This document shows positions 1 to 10,087 of a stretch of 57,263 bases of DNA, in pieces (positions within the stretch are counted from its first letter, which is position 1; the number at the start of each line of letters is the position of its first letter). The stretch comes from a virus (taxonomy: Duplodnaviria > Caudoviricetes). The notes below the pieces were generated by a model that did not search any database, was not told where the DNA came from, and was given only the letters and a program-made list of their open reading frames with translations. The stretch lies in IMG/VR virus record IMGVR_UViG_3300042114_000075, positions 1 through 57,263 of that record. The stretch is one strand, 5' to 3'. A program made the position numbers and the translations under genes.

Positions 1-714
1 CGTGGTACTCTTGCAGTAACTGGTACAACTACTCTTAGTGCTAAAGCAAGTTATTTAACTAACTTAGCTCCATTCACTGCACTTCAAATTCCAGATGCTG
101 CTTATGTAACTGGTTTAACTTCACAAGCTATTTTAACAGCAAGCAACGGCTTAACTAAAACAGGTCAAAATGTAACTCTTGGTGGTGCGTTGGTTGGTAA
201 CACCACAATTAATGGTGCATTCAACTTAGGTTTCAACAATACAAATGTAAATATTAGTGGTAGTACTGGCGTAAATATTACAACTGCTGCTGCTGGTTTA
301 AAATTAGTAACTGCTCCTTCAACTGGTAGTGCAGTAACCGATTTGGTTCTTGTTAGAGCAACTGACGGTACTGTAAAAACTGTTGCATCAAGTTCTGTTG
401 GTGATAAAAACAATATCTATAGCATAACTGCTGTAACTACTAACGTAACGTTAACAACAGCTTCACCATATGTGATTCTTGTTAATGGTGCTGCTCCTGT
501 AACAATTACTTTACCTGCTGTTCCAGTTACTGGTGAAGCATTCAAAATTAAGGATATTAGTAATGCTGCTGTTACAAACAACATCACAATCAATAGAAAT
601 GGTAAAAACGTTGATGGTGCTGCTGCTGATGCTTTGATTAATACGTCTGGTGGTGCAATTGAACTTGTTTATGACGGTTCAGCATCATGGTACACATTAT
701 CATTCGTCAACTAA
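1..714 (+). CDS. Tail fibre/virion protein, 5' truncated by window edge
   Basis: Frame 1 open from base 1 to TAA at 712-714; Thr/Gly/Ala-rich; has the ASNGLTKTGQNVTLGGALVG connector shared with downstream fibres and a C-terminal ITLP..GEAFKIKD..NNITINRNG..ELVYDG..W domain typical of phage fibre/baseplate repeats. Confidence 0.75.
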   Translation, partial: RGTLAVTGTTTLSAKASYLTNLAPFTALQIPDAAYVTGLTSQAILTASNGLTKTGQNVTLGGALVGNTTINGAFNLGFNNTNVNISGSTGVNITTAAAGLKLVTAPSTGSAVTDLVLVRATDGTVKTVASSSVGDKNNIYSITAVTTNVTLTTASPYVILVNGAAPVTITLPAVPVTGEAFKIKDISNAAVTNNITINRNGKNVDGAAADALINTSGGAIELVYDGSASWYTLSFVN

Positions 715-731
715 TCAACGAATGGATTTTG

Positions 732-773
732 AAAAGGGAGCACATGTTGGTACATGTTGCTCCTTTTTTTTTT
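732..773 (+). terminator. Rho-independent terminator
   Basis: AAAAGGGAGCACATGT-TGGT-ACATGTTGCTCC followed by a long T run. Confidence 0.8.
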
Positions 774-840
774 CATTTTTTTTCATAATTATTCAAGATT
801 TTTCAAATTTTTACGTATCAATATAAAATCATACATTATA

Positions 841-1542
841 ATGAGTGTTGTGTACATTTATGGTCTGATTGACCCTCGAAACGAATTAACTGTTGAAAAT
901 GTTCGATATGTTGGGAAGACGAAAAATGCTGTTAGACGTAGATTATCAAAACATGTGGAAGATAGTAAAAATAGTCAACTACCCGTGCATAAATGGGTAC
1001 GAAACATAATTTTAAAAGGTCAAAGACCAGTTTATATTGTACTTGAAGAATGCGATGAAAATAACTGGAAAGAGGGAGAAAGAAAGCATATTGCTCTGCT
1101 TCGAAAGTCAAATAGACTATTAAATGTGACTGATGGTGGAGAAGAGGCTGGAAACTATTATCATCCATCAATAGAATTATATTGTTATGATGAAAACGGT
1201 GATTTTAGGAAAAAATATGTGTCAATGACAGAGGCTTGTAACGATGTTCATGTTAGCATGTCAAAAATATTATTGGCATTAAATCAAAAAATGAATAAAA
1301 GTTCTGCTGGTTGCTATTGGTTTACAACACCACAAGAAAAAGAAAATATTGTATTTAGAAAAGCAGCAAAAAGAAATATTCCAATTATTCAAAAAACATT
1401 GAATGGAGAATTTATTGCTGAATTTAGTGGTCAAGGTGAAGCAGAAAAATTAACGGGAATTAGTTCGAAATTAATAAATAAGTGCTTAAGAATCCCAACT
1501 TATACACAAACAAATAGTTATAAATGGGAATATAAAAAATAA
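841..1542 (+). CDS. GIY-YIG homing endonuclease with NUMOD1-like C-terminal repeats
   Basis: VYIYGLIDPR..VRYVGKT..RRRLSKH..E..LLNVTDGGE catalytic domain and two NUMOD1-like repeats; start moved to ATG 841 because the 754 extension runs through the terminator. Confidence 0.85.
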   Translation: MSVVYIYGLIDPRNELTVENVRYVGKTKNAVRRRLSKHVEDSKNSQLPVHKWVRNIILKGQRPVYIVLEECDENNWKEGERKHIALLRKSNRLLNVTDGGEEAGNYYHPSIELYCYDENGDFRKKYVSMTEACNDVHVSMSKILLALNQKMNKSSAGCYWFTTPQEKENIVFRKAAKRNIPIIQKTLNGEFIAEFSGQGEAEKLTGISSKLINKCLRIPTYTQTNSYKWEYKK

Positions 1543-1549
1543 TTTTATT

Positions 1550-2494
1550 ATGAAAAATAACAAGATAACAAAAAATGACAATATGAAAAATGATGGAACA
1601 ATAAAGCCTGATGATAAATTTGTAATATTTCATGCAGAGGGTGGGCACGGAAAAATGTGTGTGGCGACTGCTGTTTGTCGTGCATTAAAGAAAGCATATC
1701 CAGACAGAAAATTAATTGTAGTTACAGCGTGGGACGGTCCGTTCTTTTATAATCCAGATGTGTGGCGTTTCTATACATTCGGACAAATGCAGTATTTTTA
1801 CGATGACTACATCAATGCAGACACTAAAATATTTAGACAAGAAGTTTATCATACCGAAGACCATATTTTACAGAGAAAACATATTGTGCAATCTTGGTGC
1901 GATATGATTGGTATTCCTTCTGATGGTATTACACCTAAAATCTATTTAAACCCTAGAGAGCTTGAAATAGCGAAGGATAAAATCAAACCAGATGGTAGAC
2001 CCATAATGTTATTACAGACGCATGGCGGGTCTCCTACAGGGCAATACAGCAAGAAATCTTGGTATAGAGATATGCCAATCGAAATTGCACAGAAACTTGC
2101 TAATTATTTCAGTAAGTCATATCGTATTTTGCATATTAAAGCACCAGAGCAACCTGTTCTACAAAATGTAGAGCCACTTATTCTGCCATTTAGAGAATTA
2201 TATGCAGTATTTCCATTATCAACAAAAAGATTATTTATTGATAGTTTTTCTCAGCATGTGGCTGCTGCGTTGGACTTACAGAGCACAGTTGTATGGATTG
2301 GAAACAAACCCGAAGTGTTCGGATATCCCGAACACATCAACATCAGTCCAAATGCAAATTATGTAAGAGAATTGAATAAGTTCAGTTATCTTGACCAGTT
2401 CGATATTAGTGGTCAGATTCAACAATTTCCATATGATACAGTTAATTTATTGGATGTAAACCAAATAATTGATGCTGTAAATAGACAAAAATAA
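1550..2494 (+). CDS. Glycosyltransferase, GT9 (heptosyltransferase)-like GT-B fold
   Basis: EGGHGK..ATAVCRALKKAYPDRKLIVVT N-terminus and IDSFSQHVAAALDLQSTVVW C-terminal motif resemble GT9. Confidence 0.75.
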   Translation: MKNNKITKNDNMKNDGTIKPDDKFVIFHAEGGHGKMCVATAVCRALKKAYPDRKLIVVTAWDGPFFYNPDVWRFYTFGQMQYFYDDYINADTKIFRQEVYHTEDHILQRKHIVQSWCDMIGIPSDGITPKIYLNPRELEIAKDKIKPDGRPIMLLQTHGGSPTGQYSKKSWYRDMPIEIAQKLANYFSKSYRILHIKAPEQPVLQNVEPLILPFRELYAVFPLSTKRLFIDSFSQHVAAALDLQSTVVWIGNKPEVFGYPEHINISPNANYVRELNKFSYLDQFDISGQIQQFPYDTVNLLDVNQIIDAVNRQK

Positions 2495-2517
2495 TTTCTT
2501 GTTTCTTTTGTTTCATT

Positions 2518-2549
2518 AAAAAACCTGTCCATTTCGACAGGTTTTTTTT
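2518..2549 (+). terminator. Rho-independent terminator
   Basis: AAAAAACCTGTC-CATTTC-GACAGGTTTTTTTT. Confidence 0.85.
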
Positions 2550-2579
2550 ATTTGGTTTAAATTAAGTTCTGTTTGTAAA

Positions 2580-2587
2580 GTATTTAT
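2580..2587 (+). promoter_or_regulatory. GTATTTAT putative late promoter
   Basis: Recurrent motif, after a terminator and 21 nt before ATG 2609. Confidence 0.65.
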
Positions 2588-2608
2588 CTTTAATAATTAT
2601 AAGATAAT

Positions 2609-5155
2609 ATGGGATACGACAATAAACCAAATATTAATGATAGACAATTTGCGCAGGCAAGTGGTGATACTATGCATCTTTATGGTACAAATATCATTAG
2701 TAGAGCAAGTGGTGCTACTACGGGTGGAACCATAAGTTCCAATAGAGGTTATCAAATTAGTGGATGTACAATACTTAAATTATCATCATACCCAAACAAT
2801 AATTCAATTTATTTAGGTAATCTTGCGGGAAATGCTAACGGAAATGGAAATAATAATCTTGGTATTGGTAGTTCTTCTCTTTATTTAAATACTACTGGAT
2901 ATGATAATATTGCTATTGGTAGTTCTGCTCTATGTGGTAATTCTACGGGAAGTTCAAATACAGTAATTGGTGTTGAAGCATTAGCTCAGACTGTTAATAT
3001 TGGAAGTAAAAATGTTGCAATTGGTTATCAATCACTATATCAAAATAGTAGTGGTTCGGGAAACAGTGCCAATGGCTATAAATCAATGTGGACTAATGCA
3101 AATGGTAATTGTAATGTTGCTTTAGGATATTGTTCATTATATTCAAATGTAGGCGGTTGCTATAATGTTGGAATTGGTGTGTGTAGTTTGATTAAAAACA
3201 TAAATGGTTGTAATAACGTAGCAAATGGCTATCAGGCACTTTATTGTAATACAACTGGTTGTGAAAATGTTGCAATTGGTACTTCGACACTGTGTTATAA
3301 TCAAACAGGTTTAAATAATATTGCAATTGGTCAACAAGCCTTACAAAATAATCTTGGTGGTAATTTTAATATTGCACATGGTTTTCAGGCATTATTAGCT
3401 AATAGTGGTGGAGCATTAAACATTGCACTTGGATATCAGGCGTTAGCAGCAAATAATGGTAGTTATAATATTGCACTTGGCTATAAAGCAAATACCAGTA
3501 ATACGACTGCTTCAAATAATGTTGCAATTGGCCATTGTAGTTTATGTAAAAACACAATAGGTGCTGGCAATGTCGCAATTGGTGGATATGCAATGATTTG
3601 TAATATTAGTGGCAGCAATAATGTTGTTGAAGGCACATGTGCTGGATTTTGTAATGTTGGTGGTAATGGTAATGTTATGATTGGCTGTGGTGCTGGTTAT
3701 TTTACCAGTGGTTCATCAAATGTGTTTCTTGGTAGATGTGCTGGTTATTTTGAAACTGGTTCAAATAAATTATATATTGCTAATACAACATTGTGTACTT
3801 TAATTTATGGCGACTTTAGTGGAAACACAGTCACTCTTCCAACACTATTAATCTGTAATATTCCCGCAACTGGTGTGTGTACTGATAATGTATTGGTTTG
3901 GAATGCCAGTACTTGTTCAGTAAAAAAACTTCCATATTCAAGCGGTGGAACTGGCGGTGGAATATCGACAGCTAATAATGGTTTAAACGTTGCAGGTACA
4001 AATGTACGTTTAGGCGGTGCTCTAACTGGTAATACTTCGTTAAGTGGCAACTATACACTAACTTTTAGTGGTGGAAGTAAATTAAATACTATATGTGGAT
4101 ATCAAATTTGTGGTCAGACTATATTTAAAACATCCCCAAATGATATTAATTCGATTTATTTGGGCAATCTTACTGGCAATCTTACGGGTACAGGCACTTC
4201 TAATATTGGAATTGGTCAGAATAGTTTAGTTGGCATTACCACTGGTATTGATAATATTGGTATTGGTCAACGGACACTGTATAGTAATACTGGTGGTACT
4301 TATAATGTTGGTATTGGTAGTTGTGCCTCATATTCCAATAAAATTGGAAGTTATATTACTTCTGTTGGATATCGTGCACTATATAACAATCTTGGAAGTG
4401 GAAATGTCGGTATTGGCGCAGATGCAATGTATTCAAATAGTACCGGTATCCTTAATGTTGCTGTTGGTGTACATGCAATGCAACTTAATACTGTTGCTTG
4501 TAATAATACGGCAATTGGTGCAAATGCATCGTTTTGTAATGTTACTGGTACTCTTAATACTGCAATTGGTTCATGTTCTTTACATTTGAATACAAGTAGT
4601 TGTAATACTGCAAGTGGTTTTCAAGCGTTATATAGTAATATTTCTGGAAGTGGTAATACTGCAACAGGTCTTCAAGCATTATTTAGCAATACTACTGGTT
4701 GTAATAATGCCGCTTTTGGCTATAAATCTGGTGCAGAGGCTCTGTTAAATATTACTACACAATGTAATCAAGTGGTTATTGGTAATAATAATACTACTGA
4801 TGCTACTATTAAAGTAGCTTGGACGGTTGTTTCAGATGAACGCGATAAAATGTGTTTTGGTTGTGTTGCACACGGATTGAATTTTGTTAATGAACTTAAA
4901 CCAATTTCATATCAATTTAAGGAATCTCGTGAATGTGAAATACCTGTTGGTAGTATAAGATATGGCTTTAAGGCACAAGATATTTTAGCTTTAGAAGGCG
5001 AAAATCCTGTTGTTATTGGTTGTGATGACCCAGAACATTTGAAATACAATGAATCCAATTTGATTCCAATATATGCAAATGCAATTAAAGAACTTAGTCA
5101 GAAGATTTTATTATTGGAAAATGAAATGATGTTATTAAAAAGTAGAATCCAATAA
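2609..5155 (+). CDS. Cys-rich trimeric beta-roll tail fibre/adhesin with C-terminal intramolecular chaperone (peptidase S74-like)
   Basis: About 14-aa NxAIGxxAL repeats (YadA-head-like); SDERDK..GLNFVNELKPISYQFK..YGFKAQD..NAIKELS chaperone signature. Confidence 0.8.
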   Translation: MGYDNKPNINDRQFAQASGDTMHLYGTNIISRASGATTGGTISSNRGYQISGCTILKLSSYPNNNSIYLGNLAGNANGNGNNNLGIGSSSLYLNTTGYDNIAIGSSALCGNSTGSSNTVIGVEALAQTVNIGSKNVAIGYQSLYQNSSGSGNSANGYKSMWTNANGNCNVALGYCSLYSNVGGCYNVGIGVCSLIKNINGCNNVANGYQALYCNTTGCENVAIGTSTLCYNQTGLNNIAIGQQALQNNLGGNFNIAHGFQALLANSGGALNIALGYQALAANNGSYNIALGYKANTSNTTASNNVAIGHCSLCKNTIGAGNVAIGGYAMICNISGSNNVVEGTCAGFCNVGGNGNVMIGCGAGYFTSGSSNVFLGRCAGYFETGSNKLYIANTTLCTLIYGDFSGNTVTLPTLLICNIPATGVCTDNVLVWNASTCSVKKLPYSSGGTGGGISTANNGLNVAGTNVRLGGALTGNTSLSGNYTLTFSGGSKLNTICGYQICGQTIFKTSPNDINSIYLGNLTGNLTGTGTSNIGIGQNSLVGITTGIDNIGIGQRTLYSNTGGTYNVGIGSCASYSNKIGSYITSVGYRALYNNLGSGNVGIGADAMYSNSTGILNVAVGVHAMQLNTVACNNTAIGANASFCNVTGTLNTAIGSCSLHLNTSSCNTASGFQALYSNISGSGNTATGLQALFSNTTGCNNAAFGYKSGAEALLNITTQCNQVVIGNNNTTDATIKVAWTVVSDERDKMCFGCVAHGLNFVNELKPISYQFKESRECEIPVGSIRYGFKAQDILALEGENPVVIGCDDPEHLKYNESNLIPIYANAIKELSQKILLLENEMMLLKSRIQ

Positions 5156-5200
5156 TATTTGATTTTTATTTTTAACTCTTAAATTAATAGGGAGTTTTTA

Positions 5201-5208
5201 GTATTTAT
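5201..5208 (+). promoter_or_regulatory. GTATTTAT putative late promoter
   Basis: Motif upstream of ATG 5247. Confidence 0.6.
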
Positions 5209-5246
5209 CTTAGGGTATTGATAATACCGAAATAAATTTTTATAAA

Positions 5247-8200
5247 ATGGGATTCGAAACAAAACCAAATCTAACAGACGGTAAATTTGAACAGTGCACT
5301 AGTGATATTCTAACGCTTTATGGTTGTACACAAGTAACTGGTACTCTGGATGTTCATCCATTAGGTAGCATTGATTCGTGTAGTGGATATAAGATTTCGG
5401 GTTCAACAGTATTAAGAACATCGAATAGTACAATTAATTCAATATATCTGGGTACACTTGCTGGTTCGAATGGAATTGGTGAATTTAATTTTGGTGTTGG
5501 TTGTCAGGTTTTACAAGCAAATACTTCTGGTAACAATAATATTGCAATGGGTTTTACCACAATGGCAACAAATACTATTGGCTGTTATAATACTGCAATT
5601 GGTGCATTGGCAATGTTTCACAATCTCAGTGGTAACTGGAATGTTGCAAATGGAGTGTGTACACTTCATACAAACACTACTGGTAATTATAATATTGCCG
5701 AAGGTTTTTGTGCTTTAGGTGCAAATACCAGTGGATGTTATAATGTCGGCATTGGTACAAACGCTGCATATAATAATGGTACGACAATAAATAATATTGC
5801 AATTGGTAATAGTGCTGCATTTAGTAATACTGGTGGTACTTGTAATATTGCAATTGGCTATCAGGCGTTTTATTTGGGATGTGGTGGCAATGATAATGTT
5901 GCTATTGGTGAATGCGCATTATATAATAATTGCACTGGCGTTGATAACATTGCAATCGGTACATGTTCATTAGAATCTAATACTAGTGGAAATCGAAACA
6001 TTGCCTTGGGATTGAAGACGTTAAATAATAATACAACTGGTGGTTCGAACTTTGCTGTTGGTTCTGCTACATTATTCGCCAATACTACAGGTGGTAATAA
6101 TATTGCAATTGGCGATGGTGCGTTAACAACAAACAATGGTAATAGTAATATTGCATTGGGATTTAATACCTTATGCTCAAATACAAGCGGTTGTTGTAAT
6201 ATTGGAATTGGTCATCAAGCATTGTTTTTCAACACAACTGGTTGTTTTAATATTGGTGAGGGTGTGCAAACATTATATAATAATATTTGTGGGTGTAATA
6301 ATGTAGCACTCGGTTGGTCTACTATGTGTGCTAATACATGTGGTAGTAATAATGTAGCAATTGGTGCACAGGCATTAACTAATAATACTTGTGGTGTTAA
6401 TAATGTGGCATTAGGCCAAAGTGCATTACAATATAATACACTTGGTATGAATAATGTTGCATTAGGTAATAATCCACTACCATCTAATACAACTGGTTGT
6501 GATAATTTTGCTGTTGGTTATCGTACTTTAAATTGTAACACTACTGGTTGCAATAATATTGCATTTGGATTTTGTGCATTACCAAAAAATGTTGCTGGTA
6601 GTGATAATATTTCACAGGGTGCATATTCTACATTTGTGCTTACTGGTGGTAGTAGTAACATTGGATTAGGTTTATTTACATTGGGACATCTTGTTAATGG
6701 AAATTATAACGTAGCTATTGGTCATAATGCTGGCTATGTAACAACGGGTTCTTCTAATGTTTTTATTGGACCTTTTGCTGGTTATACTGAAAGTGGGTCA
6801 AGTAAATTACATATTGGTAATACAACGACATGTACATTAATTTGTGGTGATTTTGTTGCAAAAACTGTTGCAATACCAATTTTAAAACTTAGTTCGACTC
6901 CTGCAACTGGTGTGTGTACAGATAGTGTATTAGTATGGAACTCAGCTACTTGCTGTATTAAAAAAGTGCCATATTATAGTGCTTCTACAGTTACTATAAC
7001 AGCAAATAATGGTTTAACAAAATCAGGTAATAATATACGTTTAGGTGGTGCTCTAACTGGTGATACTACAATTAGTGGCGCATATATTTTAAATATTTGT
7101 GATGGTGCTCAATTAAATACTAACTGTGGCCTTATGATTAGGGGCACAAAAATGCTTTCAAGTAATGCAAATTATTCAATATATATGGGTATTGGTACTG
7201 CTGGTAATACCTCTACTGGTGCTGGCAATTTTATTGCAGGAGCAAATTCATTTACTTCGGCTACTACTGCTGATAACAACATAGGAATTGGTGGTGGTGC
7301 ATTAAGTACACTTATTACTGGTAGTGATAATATTGCAATTGGAAGAAGTTCATTATATTCTTTGACTGGTGGAAGTAGTAATTTTGGATTCGGGATTAGT
7401 TCTTTATGTGGTAATATATGTGGTTGTAATAACATTGGATTCGGTGGTTTTGTGTTGTATAGTAATACAATTGGGTGTGGCAATATAGCATTTGGTCAAG
7501 AAGCATTATATAATAATGTAAATGGAAAATATAATGTAGCAATTGGTACTTGTGCTGGTTATAATGAAACTGGTTCAGCTAAATTTTATGTTGCAACAGG
7601 TGCAACTCGTAATTTGATTTATGGTGATTTTACTTCTAATATTATAACCCTACCAACACTTAAATTATGTAATATACCAACACTTGGAAGTGTTACTGAT
7701 GATGTATTAATCTATAATTCTGGCACAACCTGTGTCCAAAGAATTGCTGCATCAACATTAGTTAGTAGTGGTGGTGGAATAACAACAGCTAATAACGGTT
7801 TAAATAAAGCAGGTACAAATGTACGTTTAGGAGGCGCACTAACTGGCGACACTTCAATTACAGGTGCATATAAACTAAGAATTACTGGTGGTACATTACT
7901 TAGTACTGAGTGTGGCTATCAGATTAATGATGTTACATTATTTAAGTCTGGTAATGGTGGAAGCGACCCAATATCAAACATTTTCCTTGGTGATACTGCT
8001 GGTGGTGCTGGTCGTGCTGGTTGTAATAATGTCGTTGTTGGTCGTGTTGCTATGACGTTTGGTGCTAATGGCGATAATAATGTTGCAATAGGTACTGGTG
8101 CATTGGTATATAATCCAAGTGGTTGTCAAAACACAGCACTTGGTGCTGGTGCTGGTACTACACTAAGCGTGGCAAGTGGTTCACGTAACGTATTTGTTGG

Positions 8201-9398
8201 TTATCAAGCTGGTTATGGTGAATTTGGTTCAGATAAATTATATATTGCCAATTGTCCAACAACTACATTAATTTATGGTGATTTTGCTGCTAAGTGTTTA
8301 CAAATCGGTGGTCAGTTAAAAGTAACTGGTGTAACTACAGGTAACTTAGGAACTGATTGTGTTGTGATGTGGAATCCAACCGATAAATTATTCAAACAAA
8401 TTACGGCAGCATCTTTAGTTGGTAGTGGTAGTGGAATAACTGGTGCAACTAACGGCTTAAATACAACTGCTGACCATAAGGTTCATTTGGGTGGTGCTTT
8501 AACTGGTGATACTTTAATCAGTGGTGCACATACTTTGAGTTTCTGTAGTGGTGCATTACTTAACACTCAATGTGGTTATCAGATTTCAGGTCAGACAATA
8601 TTAAGAACGTCACCAAATAATTCCACTACAATATATTTGGGTAATGGTTCTGGTAGTAATACAAATACTGGTGCTAATAATATTGCGATTGGTTGTAACA
8701 CGCTTAGTTTTAATTCAATAGGTACTGATAATATTGCTGTGGGTCAGAGTGCAATATTCTGTAATATTAGTGGTTCTTCTAATATTGGTATTGGTGCAGG
8801 TACATTGGGTTTTAATTGTGTTGGTTGTGAAAATATAGCAATAGGTGAGGGAGCAATTTCAAGTAATAGTAGTGGTTGTTATAATATTGGTATTGGCGCA
8901 GGTGCTTTGTGGAGTAATAATACTGGTAAATATAATGTTGCCATTGGTACATGTGCTGGATATGGTGCTTCGAGTTCCGCCAAACTTTATATTGCAACAG
9001 GTTCTACTCGTAATTTAATTTATGGTGATTTTGCTACTAATCAAGTAACATTACCAGCATTAATACTTTGCGATACCCCTACTGGTGGCGTATGTACTGA
9101 TAGTGTATTGGTATGGAACTCAGCTACTTGTTGTGTTAAAAAAGTACCATATTATAGTGCTTCAACAATAACGTCTTCAATTTGTACAATGGAATTTACT
9201 GGAAATAGTAGTGCAACTGGTTTTACTTTAAATCACGCTATGAGTGTAGCATATCCAGTAGTACAAATTGTTAAAAAAATAAGTCCATATCCAACAGTTT
9301 ATACCGATGTTTCAAGACCAAATGCTAATTGTGTTTGTGTCACGTTTGATGTTGCACCTGCAAATGGTTTGGTTTATAAAGTATTGATAATAAAATAA
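5247..9398 (+). CDS. Cys-rich beta-roll tail fibre/adhesin, paralogue of 2609-5155, four repeat blocks
   Basis: Similar N-terminus (MGFETKPNL vs MGYDNKPNI); NIAIG repeat blocks joined by KLYIA..LIYGDF and NGL..VRLGGALTG connectors. Confidence 0.8.
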   Translation: MGFETKPNLTDGKFEQCTSDILTLYGCTQVTGTLDVHPLGSIDSCSGYKISGSTVLRTSNSTINSIYLGTLAGSNGIGEFNFGVGCQVLQANTSGNNNIAMGFTTMATNTIGCYNTAIGALAMFHNLSGNWNVANGVCTLHTNTTGNYNIAEGFCALGANTSGCYNVGIGTNAAYNNGTTINNIAIGNSAAFSNTGGTCNIAIGYQAFYLGCGGNDNVAIGECALYNNCTGVDNIAIGTCSLESNTSGNRNIALGLKTLNNNTTGGSNFAVGSATLFANTTGGNNIAIGDGALTTNNGNSNIALGFNTLCSNTSGCCNIGIGHQALFFNTTGCFNIGEGVQTLYNNICGCNNVALGWSTMCANTCGSNNVAIGAQALTNNTCGVNNVALGQSALQYNTLGMNNVALGNNPLPSNTTGCDNFAVGYRTLNCNTTGCNNIAFGFCALPKNVAGSDNISQGAYSTFVLTGGSSNIGLGLFTLGHLVNGNYNVAIGHNAGYVTTGSSNVFIGPFAGYTESGSSKLHIGNTTTCTLICGDFVAKTVAIPILKLSSTPATGVCTDSVLVWNSATCCIKKVPYYSASTVTITANNGLTKSGNNIRLGGALTGDTTISGAYILNICDGAQLNTNCGLMIRGTKMLSSNANYSIYMGIGTAGNTSTGAGNFIAGANSFTSATTADNNIGIGGGALSTLITGSDNIAIGRSSLYSLTGGSSNFGFGISSLCGNICGCNNIGFGGFVLYSNTIGCGNIAFGQEALYNNVNGKYNVAIGTCAGYNETGSAKFYVATGATRNLIYGDFTSNIITLPTLKLCNIPTLGSVTDDVLIYNSGTTCVQRIAASTLVSSGGGITTANNGLNKAGTNVRLGGALTGDTSITGAYKLRITGGTLLSTECGYQINDVTLFKSGNGGSDPISNIFLGDTAGGAGRAGCNNVVVGRVAMTFGANGDNNVAIGTGALVYNPSGCQNTALGAGAGTTLSVASGSRNVFVGYQAGYGEFGSDKLYIANCPTTTLIYGDFAAKCLQIGGQLKVTGVTTGNLGTDCVVMWNPTDKLFKQITAASLVGSGSGITGATNGLNTTADHKVHLGGALTGDTLISGAHTLSFCSGALLNTQCGYQISGQTILRTSPNNSTTIYLGNGSGSNTNTGANNIAIGCNTLSFNSIGTDNIAVGQSAIFCNISGSSNIGIGAGTLGFNCVGCENIAIGEGAISSNSSGCYNIGIGAGALWSNNTGKYNVAIGTCAGYGASSSAKLYIATGSTRNLIYGDFATNQVTLPALILCDTPTGGVCTDSVLVWNSATCCVKKVPYYSASTITSSICTMEFTGNSSATGFTLNHAMSVAYPVVQIVKKISPYPTVYTDVSRPNANCVCVTFDVAPANGLVYKVLIIK

Positions 9399-9419
9399 TG
9401 ACATTATTGAAATAAATAA

Positions 9420-9427
9420 GTATTTAT
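9420..9427 (+). promoter_or_regulatory. GTATTTAT putative late promoter
   Basis: Motif upstream of ATG 9458. Confidence 0.6.
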
Positions 9428-9457
9428 AGTAAAAACGAATACGTGATAGAATCAAAT

Positions 9458-9682
9458 ATGAACGACCCAATCATCTATACCGAACCATATGTGTTCGTTG
9501 ATGAAATATCTGGGACAACCAAATATACTGGTACGTCATCTAGTTTTTCTAATGCTGGTGAATCAATTTGGAGAATTAAAAAGGAATGGAAAGTCGGAAC
9601 GGTAACATATATGGGATTTCCAGATGGTAGCCAAGAATTTAAGTTCAAATGGAATGATAGAACAACATTAACATATATATAA
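9458..9682 (+). CDS. Small hypothetical virion-associated protein
   Basis: WRIKK..FP.G...F.F.W.DR....Y pattern shared with the next gene; ATG 9458 preferred over GTG 9443. Confidence 0.6.
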   Translation: MNDPIIYTEPYVFVDEISGTTKYTGTSSSFSNAGESIWRIKKEWKVGTVTYMGFPDGSQEFKFKWNDRTTLTYI

Positions 9683-9694
9683 AAACATAAAGAC

Positions 9695-9979
9695 ATGTTC
9701 GAAAATCAAACAGATATATCGGATTATCAAAATCCTAACATGGGTACTGCTGCTGGCAATCCAGCACCAACAATTGCACCAACAACGTTGATACATGAGT
9801 ATTCAGCTACTGAATATTATATTGGTATTTCTGTTAACAACAATAATACTGATGCAAACACATGGTCAATTAAAAAAATTCTGAAAACGGGTAACGTTTG
9901 GGCAACTACGCTCTATCCGTTTGGTAATCAAAATTATAATTTTGCATGGGATGAAAGGCTTAATTATATCTATCTTTAA
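9695..9979 (+). CDS. Small hypothetical protein, paralogue of 9458-9682
   Basis: WSIKK..YP.G...YNFAWDER..Y.Y. Confidence 0.6.
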   Translation: MFENQTDISDYQNPNMGTAAGNPAPTIAPTTLIHEYSATEYYIGISVNNNNTDANTWSIKKILKTGNVWATTLYPFGNQNYNFAWDERLNYIYL

Positions 9980-10001
9980 CATATGAAATTTATAATATTG
10001 G

Positions 10002-10027
10002 GGGAGGAACAAAAATTCCTCCCTTTT
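10002..10027 (+). terminator. Rho-independent terminator
   Basis: GGGAGGAA-CAAAAA-TTCCTCCC-TTTT. Confidence 0.8.
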
Positions 10028-10062
10028 CTTTTTCTATCTTATGCCAATTTACTTATTTAATA

Positions 10063-10070
10063 GTATTTAT
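10063..10070 (+). promoter_or_regulatory. GTATTTAT putative late promoter
   Basis: After terminator, 17 nt before ATG 10088. Confidence 0.65.
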
Positions 10071-10087
10071 AATTAAATGTTTATTAC

